A DNA stretch of 64,000 bases from Lama guanicoe (Eukaryota), in contig MU053881.1 of assembly GCA_013239625.1 (NCBI GenBank), positions 9,199,957-9,263,956 of the forward strand, written 5' to 3'. Under the pieces are notes generated by a model. That model ran no database searches. It was given only the letters and a program-made list of their open reading frames with translations, and was not told where the DNA came from. Positions 13,331 to 24,510 of this stretch are shown piece after piece. The translations under genes were made by a program, and so were the position numbers. The first letter of the stretch is position 1. Each line of letters begins with the position of its first letter.

Positions 13331-14084
13331 CTAATAACGTTACCATTTGCAAACAATTATTACACTTGAAGATGCATCCTACACGACAGCACCACATTTG
13401 TTCCTTACCAAATTACTGCTATCATTGGCATGTATGACCTATCAAGTCTCAAAGCATGGTCCTAATTTAGTCGTGGAGGGTGCAAAAGGCAACCTTGTCC
13501 TTCAGCCTGAGTAGCAGATGTAATCAAGATGATTATGCCCAAGTTAAGATGATAAAATGCAATCCTAATGCAAGGTACTATTTAAAGGAGTTTTTTAAAA
13601 AAAAAGATTCACAACTTTGGATACATCCATAAAAGGAGAAAACCACAAATATTATGTGAAAGCATGAATCAGATTTCAGTGTAAATGGCTTCTGTTAATG
13701 CTCTTTTAACATATGTGATGTATAATGTACCATTGGAAAGTCATACATTTTTGAAGATGCAAAAATTAACTACGGTTGTTTTCTTTATATGGGAAAGATA
13801 ACAATTAAATCTTTTCGAAAATTTGTTTACCCAGCGAGGTGGTGCTCTCAATGTTGGACTGCCACTGTGCACAGGTGTCTGAGTGATATCACTTAAGAGA
13901 AGTGGGTATTCGATTGATCTGTCTTCAAGCGACTACTTTTTAAGACCATTTAAAAAGACCGTTAAAAAGACCAAAATGCTTGAATGTAGTTATAAAGAAA
14001 ATAAACAAGTAAAAGTATCTGTTAAGCCCTTTTTTGTCAAAGAACATGGTTGGCAGTGTCATATATGTCATCTTATACAAGCTT

Positions 14085-14230
14085 TGGGATAACCTAAGAA
14101 GTAGGCATTATTACCTTCATTTAATGAGGATATTTACTAAACTCAGGGAGAGGAAATAACCATACTGCCAAACCTGAGTTCAAGTCCAGGTTTCCCAGAA
14201 TCTAAAATCCATGCTCCTTACACAGCATCA
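14085..14230 (-). mobile_element. MIR SINE fragment
   Basis: 'aacctaagaagtaggcattatt...aaactcagggagaggaaataac...ttcaagtccagg...ctaaaatccatgctc'. Confidence 0.55.
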
Positions 14231-14439
14231 CAACAGTCACAGCAAGCTCAATTACTAATATTGATCAACATCAATTAGCAACTATCTCCATTAACTTGAA
14301 AAGGGTCACTGAACAATGACTACATCATTGCTGGTGGTGGTGGATGAGATATTTGGATACTACGGTATTAAAAAACAAATCTTTGTAAAATATGCTTTCA
14401 CATGTTGCCTAGAGTTATTTGAACAAATATTAATACTAT

Positions 14440-14680
14440 CCCCCAGTTACATATATATTTCTTCATAGCTCACTTTACTGCCTGAAACTGTATTTCATGC
14501 TGTATATTTATTCTTATTTTTAAATTCTATGTCTCCCTCTTGAATATTGACCCCACAAGGTCAGGGGAGAAATTGTTTCATTATGATTTTATTATTTCTG
14601 ATTCTCCAGCCTCTCAGTAGGCACTTGGTCCCCATTTGTTGAATGAAAGAATGATGAATGAATAAATAAATGAATGAATA
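14440..14680 (+). mobile_element. L2 LINE 3' end
   Basis: 'tgtctccctcttgaatattgaccccacaaggtcaggg...agtaggcacttgg...tttgttgaatgaaagaatgatgaatgaat'. Confidence 0.75.
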
Positions 14681-15231
14681 TATTGATACAGCTAGATATA
14701 AATATACATATAGATAGACAGGTCTACATGTTCTGAAACCCAAAGTCTTATTACATAAGAGATAGCATGAAAGTCTCCTGGTAAGTTTCAGGGAAGATGA
14801 TGTAAAACCATCACCTTACACACTGAAACTACATGTATCCTATTGCGGCCATCAATATTTCCCAGCTATAACATGAGTATATAACATGTGCCCCTGGTAT
14901 TATTAGACTAAGTGATACCATCGATTTCCATGCTATGTAATAGGATACTTTAAAATACACAGCTCAGGCAGACACCGTCTTCTGAGGCTTTTCCATCCTA
15001 ACATACACAGGTATCATCTTCTATGCTGACATCCTCTCCTGGGCTCCATGTCCAGTATATCACTAAACAATGAAACATTTATGTACTTATTCACACTAGA
15101 GGGTCAAGTATGCATTGGATTAAGAGGTTAATTAAGCTCTTTGGAATCTACCCTTCCTCCCAGTACAGAGTTACTCCTTGATTCTAAATACTGTAAAATA
15201 CAGTCAACCACAGGACTGAAACCTAGGCAGG

Positions 15232-15676
15232 TGCTGTGGGTTGAAGTGTGTCCCCCACAAAAGGTATGCTGAAGTCCTAATCCCCAGGACCTCAGAATGT
15301 GACTGTGTTGGGAAACGGGATCATTGCGGATATAATTATTCTAATTAAGATAAGGTCACACTGAATTAGGGTGGACCCTTAATCCAGTGTGACTGGTGTC
15401 CTTTCAGATGATGTGAAGTTACAGGGAGAACCTCATGTGACAACAGAGGCAGAGACTGGAGGGGCGTAACTGCAAGCCAGCAAAAACTAACAATTGTTTG
15501 CAGACCACCCCTAAAACTAGGAAGAGGCCAGGAAGGACTCTCCCCTGTGGGCTTCAGAGTGGGCACAGTCGTCCTGATTTTGGACTTTTAGACTCTAGAA
15601 CTGTCTGAAATTTCTGTTGCTTTAGGCCACTCAATTCTGTGTTATTTCATTATAGTCGCCCTATGAAACTTACACA
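15232..15676 (+). mobile_element. MLT1 (ERVL-MaLR) solo LTR, MLT1B/C-like
   Basis: TG...CA termini; 'tgggttgaagtgtgtcccc...gaagtcctaatccccaggacctcagaatgtgac...aatttctgttgctttaggccac'. Confidence 0.9.
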
Positions 15677-16045
15677 ATCAGCACTATGTTTTGCATGGAA
15701 GAGAAAAATCCTTTAGGATGATGTTGGGAACCTTGTGAGAATAAGGCATCAGGTCTACCATGTTATTACTTAGCATGGGAGACTGCCTGCAAAGGGGGCC
15801 CAAACAATGCTTCTCATTTCTGCATCTGGGCCTCTTTGCTATTCTGTTCCATAGGAAGTGGAGACTATTTTCCTTCCCCTTGACTTTGGGCTGACCTTGT
15901 AATACTCTCACTAACAGAATAACAATGGCCAGTTTCTGTGCCCAGGCCCCCAGGGGACTTTCAGTGGAGGAAGGTCAGGCCAGCCCTTAGGAGGATGAGA
16001 CCACCTGGAACAGAGATGAGCCCTCCCATCTAATACTTCCTACAC

Positions 16046-16555
16046 CCGAGTTATTAAGCTTGCAAATGCACTGGAATCCCCTGGAAGATTTATTTAAAAC
16101 AGACTGCTAACAGACTCACAGACATAGAACACAAAGTTATGGTTACCAGTGGAGGGGAAGGGGGTGGGAAGGGATAAACTGGGAATTCGAGATTTGCATA
16201 CTACTATGTATACAATAGATAAACAACAAGTTCATACTGTGCAGCACAGGGAAATATATTCAATATCTTGCAGTAACTTACGGTGACAAAGAACGTGAAA
16301 ACAAATATGTGTGTTCATGTATGACTGAAGCATCATGCTGTACACCAAAAATTGACGCAACATTTTAAACTGACCATACTTCAATAAAACATAAATATAT
16401 ATACGAAAAACAACTAAATATAAAACAGATTGCTGGGCCCCACTCAGAGGTTTTGCTTCAGCAGCTCTGGGATGGTGTCTGAGAACTTTCGTGTCTAACA
16501 GCTTCCCAAGTGACGCCATGGTACTGGTTCAATGGCCACACTTTGAGAATCACTG
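16046..16555. mobile_element. MER5A, split by an L1 insertion
   Basis: Left half 16046-16108, right half 16421-16555 ending 'ccacactttgagaatcactg'; degenerate 8-bp TSD tcctacac/ccctagac. Confidence 0.8.
16109..16420 (+). mobile_element. 5'-truncated L1 3' UTR (camelid/artiodactyl type)
   Basis: 'aacagactcacagacatagaa...atggttacc...tgctgtacacca...acttcaataaaa'; 14-bp TSD taaaacagaYtgct at 16095-16108 and 16421-16434. Confidence 0.9.
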
Positions 16556-17421
16556 CCCTAGACCAGTCAGCCTTCAGTTAAGCCCTGAGTTGGCTGTGGT
16601 CATGTGACTGACCCCAGGTGAGTCCAGAAGAAGAACCGCTCAGTTGACCCGTGAGTCCTGACTTTCAGGATGGTTTGGTCCATAGCTAGAAACAACAGTG
16701 ATCCCATGTTATTCTGGACACCTGGGACTCTACCTTATTCTGGCATCTTGTGTGGCGGACTTCTAACTCACTACCGGCTTTATCCAATCTTTTAAATTTC
16801 CACTGCAAAAGCCATTTGTGATTGACGGGTGGAAACCAGAAAATGGAACTGTTGGCAGAGGTAAAGTTCTTGTTTGGAGGAAAATAAAACACAAATGCTA
16901 TGAGAGATGGCTTTATGGATGTAGGGATACATAAAGCCGATGCAAAGCATATGCAGAACAAACAACTGATTGTTTTTTGTTTGATGATGACCCAGAGATA
17001 TTTCTCTCAAATGTCAAGGTAGTTAAGAAGCTCACTAACCATCGGATTCCAGGGCTTGACTGCTCAGAGATTTGGACAAAGGCAGTCAGGGAGAGCACCC
17101 AGTAATAGGTATTTTTAATAATTACCTCCACTCCTGGTGACCCTGATTTATACACCCAAGGACACCAAGGAAAGACCTAGAGGTAAGATCCTGGCGGCCA
17201 ATGTTTCTAAGTCTCAGTAGAGTTCACACACACAAAGGCTCTTGAAAAATGTGTTAAACCACCAGCCTGGTTGGGAACATCTTCTCTTCAATATGAAGAA
17301 CTGTGTGATCAATTTCCTCTTTGTGGTTATATTCACTTTCCCTTTCCCTTCTCTATTTGGCTTTTAAAATATGGTAGAAAAAACCCTCCAGCTGGTTAAA
17401 GTTCAAAGGCTTCTGGCTCAC

Positions 17422-17590
17422 CTCATCCACCGGCAGCGGATCCTCCTGTCTGCTGGTAGGTCATCACAGCCCACCTCCACCCACCTGCTACCACTCTCCC
17501 TCCATGCAACCTGCCTGCTGCCCAGGGCACTTCCAGGCTGCGTGGGCACATTAGGAGCACAGAGTGCCCAGTGCATAAGGCGGGGCTATT
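17422..17590 (-). promoter_or_regulatory. Candidate minus-strand first exon/promoter
   Basis: Donor GAG|GTGAGC at 17422/17421 on the minus strand; GC-rich block with a GC-box-like 'aggcggggc' near 17578-17586. Confidence 0.25.
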
Positions 17591-17983
17591 CCAGGACACC
17601 AGCTTCACCATCTATGGCAACCACTGAAAGCAATTCCTGTTTATGCTTTACGGCGTGTGATTATCTGCTACATGTAATTGTGAGCCCACTCCTCAAATTA
17701 TTGACTTGTATGTCAGTCAGCTAAAATCAATGTTATTTCAAAATATTTTCCTAATGTGTATCGTTTCAGAGAAAACCATATTACTGTTGCTCACAACCCT
17801 CAGAGAGATAAAGTGGAGGCCATTATATCTTCAGCGTAAACCTCAGTTTTAAATGCTTTCTGTAGTTTGTAGTCTTGTTTCCCAAGAACATAGAAAGCAA
17901 TTTGAATTATGGCCAAATTTCAACAAAGATATATTGATTCTAGAAGGCAATCTTACTATTTACATCACTGAACTTTGATGGCT

Positions 17984-18005
17984 GTGTGTGTGTGTGTGTG
18001 TGTGT
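17984..18005. repeat. (TG)n microsatellite
   Basis: Direct reading. Confidence 0.95.
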
Positions 18006-18679
18006 CTTGATTAAAATTCCTGCTGCTCTGAAACACAGATTGCTTTCATCTTAGAGAAGAATTTCTTAAAGTTTTCAGTTTACCTTGAGCCCCATCCCTC
18101 CCCCAAAACACCTCATTCTCTGAAGAAAAAAAAACCCACAATTTTTCCTTATAAAAGATAGGCTCCCTGTGGCATTTAATGAGTTACCCATCATTAACTC
18201 CGCAGGATGCAGTCAATAAATTTAATATGTGTGTACTTAAATGAAAGATCTGACAGCTATAAGTTGTAACCAGGAATTTGGTATAAACAGAGATTTTTAT
18301 GAGTAAAAAAAATAAGAACAACATCATTGGCACTTACATGAACAATAAATTTTTTCCTGGCTACTTCCTTCCTTCAGGTTTTATTAGAAGAAGGAATTGA
18401 TGCTTCAGGGCATTTGGGAACAAGATGGGGACAAAGTACCATAATATTAGAAGCAGAAATCTCCAGTGAGATCATTTAGTTTAATACCTATCCCTTCTTC
18501 CATCTTTTTCATGAATTGGGTGAAGAATTAATACAGCTTCCAGTTCTGGGTTGTTCACCCTCCCGTTTAGAAACCTTTTTAAGGAGGGTGAGAAAGAGAA
18601 CCAATAAAGAAAGCTAACTTTATTTTGTATCTAGGAAGCTCTGGGATCCAGGGGAGTAGCTTTTACTATCTACCATGAG

Positions 18680-18880
18680 TCATGTGCCAAGGGAGGTACT
18701 TTATTTAAGTAGTTCTCTTTAGTTCTTAAAAACCTCAGTTTTCATAGATCTAAGGAGAGATTAATAATTTCTGTATTATCAACTGAGGCTTAGAGATTTT
18801 AAACCACCTACCCAAAGTCACACAGCTAACAAATTATGGAACTGTTATCAATCCACTTGACTCTCCAAACCGCTCTACTG
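18680..18880 (-). mobile_element. MIR SINE
   Basis: 'aactgaggcttagagattttaaaccacctacccaaagtcacacagctaa'. Confidence 0.65.
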
Positions 18881-18909
18881 TATCAAGATATTTGGCTTTT
18901 AATTCATGA

Positions 18910-19221
18910 ATAGGCATTTTTTTTTTCTGTAAAGGGCCAGAGAGTAAATATTTTAGGCTTTGAGAAGCATATGGTCTCTGTTACAACTAGTCAGCTCTGC
19001 CGTGGTAGGCGAAAACAGCCGCAGACAGTACATAAACGAGTAAGTATGGCTGTGTTCCAATAAAAAAAAAATTATGGACACTGAAATTTGAATTTCATTT
19101 AATTTTCATGTATCATGAAATATCACGCTTTTTTTTTCAACCATGTTCCAGTTTATAGTCAGACAAAAAAATACTGTGGCTGGCTGAATCTGGCCCCACA
19201 GCCTTCGTTTGCAAACCCCTC
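18910..19221. mobile_element. MER58 (B-like) DNA transposon fossil
   Basis: 'ttctgtaaagggccagagagtaaatattttaggctttg...ggctgtgttccaataaaa...tatggacactgaaatttgaatttcat...tttgcaaacccct'. Confidence 0.85.
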
Positions 19222-20443
19222 TTTTAATTTCCTAAGGATCTGGAGTTCCGGGGCTAGGTTTCTCGCTTCTAACACAGAGCAGGCTCTTGCTAATATTTGG
19301 TGATTGGATTGGAAATGTGGCTCTCGATGGTGTCATTTTTATCTTTCCAATTGTATCTTCCTCGATCTCTTTCTACTTGAGCCTAAATTTACTCCATTGC
19401 TGTAATTTAAAATTTTTCAAAGAAAAATAAAAGTTGAATCATTTAAAGTTACTGTACCTTAAAAACGCACCTAAAGTGGCACTGGTTTTGCATGCATGAA
19501 AGCTCAAAGCCTCGACAACTCCCAGGAGCGATTAATCTTCTAACACTAATTAGATATTTGCTAATTAGCGTCTGATGTGTGAAATGAAAAAACATTTTGA
19601 AGCTGAAATGAATAGGGTCTAGAAAGATAGGGCTGTATTCCAGGTCCCCCTTTTCCATATTATTATCATATTTCATAAATATTAATAAGATCACATGATA
19701 CCAGCTGCTCTATAAAATTCTCTCTCTGAACGAAGGCTTTTGTTTGATATAATAGGGATGTGTCAATATTTTGCATATGGAAGAAAGCACTCAATGAAGG
19801 AAAGCCTTTTTTCCCCTCAGTGTTAAAGAGATGTCATATTTCGTGAATCACTTTTATGCTCGATCAACCAGTCCTACTTTTCAGCCTAGACTTCTTCCTA
19901 TAAGGGAAGGTACAAAACCTTTCTCCAAATGATCACTTTTCTTCCTCTCTTACACCTTAATCTTATCTTGGTTTAAAGGAGAACTTAATAGAATGGGAAA
20001 AAAAAAATCTGAAACCTATGATTCTGTGTAATGAAATAATAGAAATCATTACATAATGGTCAATTTCAATAAGGAATTTGACCGGTAAAAGAGAGTAATT
20101 TGAATTTCAGTAATTGTATGCATGAGGACAGTCCTAAAAAAACCTCCATATGCCATCTTAGTAAAAAAAAAATTATAAAGAATGGGATAGAGTTTTTAGT
20201 GCTTCAAGCTCACACACATAGGCTATCATATTCAAGTCATAAATATTAATTCATGTTGTGTTCATAAAATGTAACATTTTGATACGAAATATTTCTCCAG
20301 GGAGGGCCCACATTAAACATATTTGTTTCTGAAAGGAAAGACCTATAATAATAAACTATTTCAGTTGGTGTGGGATTTTTTTTTTTTGAAAAACCACTCA
20401 CCTGTGAATGCTGGTCATATCACAAATTACATCTAATTACAGC

Positions 20444-20543
20444 ATTGATACAGTAATTTGAGATGATAGCTAAGCACAAGTTGACAAAGGTGACATTGAA
20501 ACATAATGACGATGAGGTGATCGTCTTTTTAGGCTGACATTTT
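20444..20543 (+). repeat. Local direct duplication, copy 1
   Basis: 74/82 identity by hand alignment to 22068-22149, with weaker similarity for ~20 more bases. Confidence 0.9.
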
Positions 20544-22067
20544 GTGATTACAATAACGCTGATCAAGATGATTAAAACCATAATGAAGGGAAAGCTTTAA
20601 GAACCAGAACAACACATACGGGGACCAGAGAGGGGCTAACTATTGTTTCGTCTTCTGCTTTGAAGACAACGTATGACTTGTCCCTTCAGTGTAAAGTCAG
20701 GCACTTGCACTAGCCCCGGAGAACTGTGGAAACTGCCCTTGGTAGATGGTACTTCCCACCTACTCACAGAAGTGTCTGTTTTTTAAAGCTGGGATGGGAG
20801 GATAAGGTCACCCAGGCCAATTTATCCATTTACCCTGGGGATTGTTTTCCAGTTGGCTCTGAGATTGTTTCTCAGCTGCCAGATGCAAAACACCAATACA
20901 CTATCTGCACTGATCCTCAGTTACCAGCATCTTCAGCTTAAAATTCATGGTGATCCCGAGGCTCTGCACTGCTGCAAACAACAAGCGGACGGGGAAAGTC
21001 TGGCAGACATCACCCCTTCACTTATCATTAAATGAGAATAAAACCAGACAGCTTTTAATTACCAACAACAGAGAAATAAGTCAAGGGGAATCATACCCAA
21101 TCAAGACATCACCAGTCAATCCAGCAGGCAGGCTGGCCGAACTTGGAAAATGAACGACATTCTGTTCTTTGTTCAAATGAGCTTATTTAAAATTGCAGCA
21201 AGTTCAAAGTATTTGATGAGACTTGTAGCTCCAGCTGAATTCTGACCCTCATTTCAAAAGTGGAGGATAAATGTGTCTCAATTATTTAAAATGGCCTTCC
21301 CAGCTCTATGTGTGTTCTCAAATTTGGTTTTCATTTACCTAAGGTATTTGGGGTCTTAAAGGTTCACCAGAGATTCATGGGTATTCACCTGGAAGCAATC
21401 TGCAAGACATCTCCACCACCAGGTAGGTGGGTCCAATTGTCCCATTTTACTGGAGAGGCAACTGAGATGTTGACTGACAGGTTTGGACTATCAGTACTGA
21501 ATCCTAATGGGAAACTTTCCATTATCCTATGGCATCTTACATTCTGCAACACTTGAAAAGTTTTCTTCCTCCCTTAAAGTGTAAGGTGACTGCTCGTTTT
21601 AGAGCTCAGATACCATGGCTTGGTTATTGCCACTTATTTTTCTGCGAATCGAAGAGGAATGTCATGGTGTGAAATGCCTGACATCCAAGTGTGCCCCGTT
21701 CCTAAGTAAAGGCTCCATGTGGTGTGCGAGCTTCATCCTCATACATTCCACGCTAATGATGCGCACCTGGATTGTAACAGCACCTTTTCCCAGGGGTCAC
21801 CTACAACTTTAATCTTAGCAACACACTCAGGAAGAGGACCAAGATCATGGGAGCCAGCAAAGTCTTACACGTGTCCACACTCAGTGTCAGGGGTAGAAAG
21901 CAGTGGCCTTTTCTCCAGGTCTTATTTTGTTTTATTTTAAGAAAAAAGAAATGACCATCACTCAGAGATAAATATCCTCTTCCTGATGGATAAAGCTAAT
22001 GTTTCCCCACTTTAAGTCAATCTCTCCTCAGAACTTTTCATCTCTCCTTTTATATCAGATGCTGACT

Positions 22068-22168
22068 ATTGATACAATAATTTGAGATGATAGCTAAGCA
22101 CATGTTGACAAAGGTGACATTGGAACACAATGATGCTGAGATGATCATCATTATGGGGCTGGCACTTT
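22068..22168 (+). repeat. Local direct duplication, copy 2
   Basis: Paired with 20444-20543; offset 1624 bp. Confidence 0.9.
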
Positions 22169-22499
22169 AATACACACATCTTATACAGTATCTCCTTTGT
22201 TCCTGACAACCCTTCTTTGCAATTTATAGATTAAGAAATCCACATCAAAAAAAAAAAACATTAAATCATCTCCATCCCTCAAAAGTATTTACTGAGCGCA
22301 CACAGCATGCTGACCATCATGTTGGGGCTGAGCATCTGATTTTGAGCCAAAGAGACAACTGACAGTCTAGACTCTCACCACCTATCAGGGCTGCCTGAGA
22401 TCTTAGGACAAGTAGCTTATGAGCTCTGTCTGTCTGTTGTCTGACTCCTAAAATTGCAGGTATTCCAAATTTCCAATCTTATTGCATTCTTTTTTATTA

Positions 22500-22695
22500 T
22501 CAGGAGTCATCAAGAAGAGTCCCATGAACCAATTCTACTCTGAAGGTTGTTTTTGTATGACTCATAAGCTAAGAATGGTTTTTCCATTTTTAAATGGTTG
22601 TTTAAAAAAAAAGAAGGCAGCATGACAGAGACATCATGGTTCACAAAGCCTTAAATATTTACTATTTGGCCCTTTATAGAAAAAGGTTGCTGATG
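22500..22695. mobile_element. MER58-family fossil (opposite orientation to the 18910 copy)
   Basis: 'agctaagaatggtttttcc...aaagccttaaatatttactatttggccctttatagaaaaaggttgctga'. Confidence 0.75.
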
Positions 22696-22819
22696 AATGA
22701 TCTTTATGAGGTAAAGTTAAATCTGCCTCCAAGGCCTTTTACATGATTCCTAAATAGCTTTGTACAGACAGTATGTGCTGCTGTTTTTAGAGTTTTTTTG
22801 GTGGTAGTGGTTATTATTT

Positions 22820-23010
22820 ATTTGCAACTATGTTCTAGTCATCGTGAGACACATTTTTTAGCACATCTATCCTATTACCCCTCAAAATGAGCCTAGGTAG
22901 GCACTGTTATTATTCCACTTTGCAGGTGAAGGGACTTAGGCTCAGGATGGGCAAGTATCAGACCACGTGGTCTGACAACTAGTCAGGATGCAGACCTTAC
23001 TCTGTCCAGT
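22820..23010 (-). mobile_element. MIR SINE
   Basis: 'aggtaggcactgttattattccactttgcaggtgaagggacttaggctcagg'. Confidence 0.65.
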
Positions 23011-23293
23011 CCCATCATTAGCCGAAACGGCACCCATACGCTGATAAGAAAAAGGTGTCCCCTCCTGATGAATGCAGACTGTGCTGGAGAAAGCTGCCTG
23101 GCAGGGAGATCAGGAGCTAGATTTCAGCCCCACTCTCCCTCTGGCCAAACTTCTCAACCACAAGTGGGTTGAGTTTATAAGCCTCTTGGGTAAATTGCCT
23201 CTTGTTCCTGAGCTCTGATTCTCATGCATTCACCTTCAGTGAGCATCCTCGTGTTTTGTAGCCTCTTGGCATTGTTTGCTCACTTACTGCTTT

Positions 23294-23477
23294 TTTTGTT
23301 TTGTTTTGTTTTGTTTTTAGGTGAAGTAGAGTCAGTTTCAAATGTTGTGTTGATTTCTGGTGTACAGCATAGTGATTCAGTTAAACATATAAATTCCTTT
23401 TCATATTCTTTTTCATTATAGGCCATTACAAGGTACTGGATATAGTTCCCTGGGCTATGCAGTAGGACCTTGCTGTC
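23294..23477 (-). mobile_element. 5'-truncated L1 3' UTR
   Basis: T-rich tail then 'gtcagtttcaaatgttgtgttgatttctggtgtacagcatagtgattcag...gtaggaccttgctg'; perfect 15-bp TSD tgtttgctcacttac (23273-23287, 23478-23492). Confidence 0.9.
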
Positions 23478-24355
23478 TGTTTGCTCACTTACGACTTTGG
23501 CTGTTCTTTAAGCAGAGTTGGGGCTTCCTCCAGGCATCATGACCATGGCCAGCTCTGCTAGGCTTCTGTGTGTCTCTCAGGCCCTGATGCCCCTAGCTCC
23601 TGGTAGTCATGTCAACCCTTAGAGGTTGCATGAAGAAGGGGCCAAAGGGGGAGCCTGAGTAACTCTACCCACTGACATGAGCCACAGAGAGGCCTGTGTC
23701 AAATGAGCAGGGCATCCTTCCTCAGAATGGTCCATAGCTGATGTTGTGCCTGTGGGCTCCTCACTGGAACCTTCTGAAAAGGCACATCTAGCAGGCACTG
23801 GAACAAGCAGAGAAAGGAGACGGCAAAGTCACCTGAATTCTGATTTCAGAAGTTCTATCTATTTCCTTGAAAACAAAAAGACAGCTCTTTCATCACAGAG
23901 AAATGGTGATTTCGCTTAACCTAGAACAACCATGCTAACAGCATGCTTCTAATTGCTCAAAATAAGAAAAAAAAAAAAGGAATCACATGAAGGAGAAATT
24001 TTATCCTTAAGACACGGAAAATGCTGGGTTCCAGGGACTCTTGTTCAGGCGTCAGGTGTTCTGCAAAGGTGCATATGGCATGAGGAATAAGGAACAGTAG
24101 GAGTGTCAGCGCAGGGTGGAAGCATGTTGGAGGGCGGGCGGGCGGAAGGGGACATCTCATCAGCTCTTCCCTGTATTATTCCTAGACCACCCACAGCTAC
24201 CATCCTTATTCTCAGTCTCTCCTCCTCGATCCTGCACACAAAATTAATCTTTCTAAAAATTGTTCCATCCTGTCACCCCATTGCTCAAATAGGCTTCAAA
24301 TGGTTCTCACCGAAAATTAAGTCCAACCGCCTTTACATGGCCTTTCCATCCACGT

Positions 24356-24510
24356 AGGGCTGCCAGATAAAACACAGGACACCCAGTTCAATTTGAATTT
24401 CACCTAAACAATGATTTTGCTTGGATCATACCATGCTAAAAAATTATGTGTTGTTTAGGTGAAATTCAAATTGAACTGGATATCCTATACTTTTATTTGC
24501 TAAATCTGCA
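24356..24510. mobile_element. MER53 palindromic MITE (hAT)
   Basis: 'tagggctgccagataaaacacaggacacccagtt...aactggatatcctatacttttatttgctaaatctg'; perfect 29-bp inverted arms. Confidence 0.85.

Larger units (their letters stand above)
15775..16700 (+). mobile_element. Older MLT1 (G/H-like) LTR, interrupted by MER5A and L1
   Basis: Left part 'ccccttgactttgggctgaccttgtaa...ctaacagaat'; right part 'cagaagaagaaccgctcagttgacc...ggatggtttg'. Confidence 0.6.

Noticed and set aside
13824..13848. CTCF-like motif cagcgaggtggtgc beside a FOX motif tgtttac
   Set aside because: Several mismatches to the core; a single short motif is not supportable without data.
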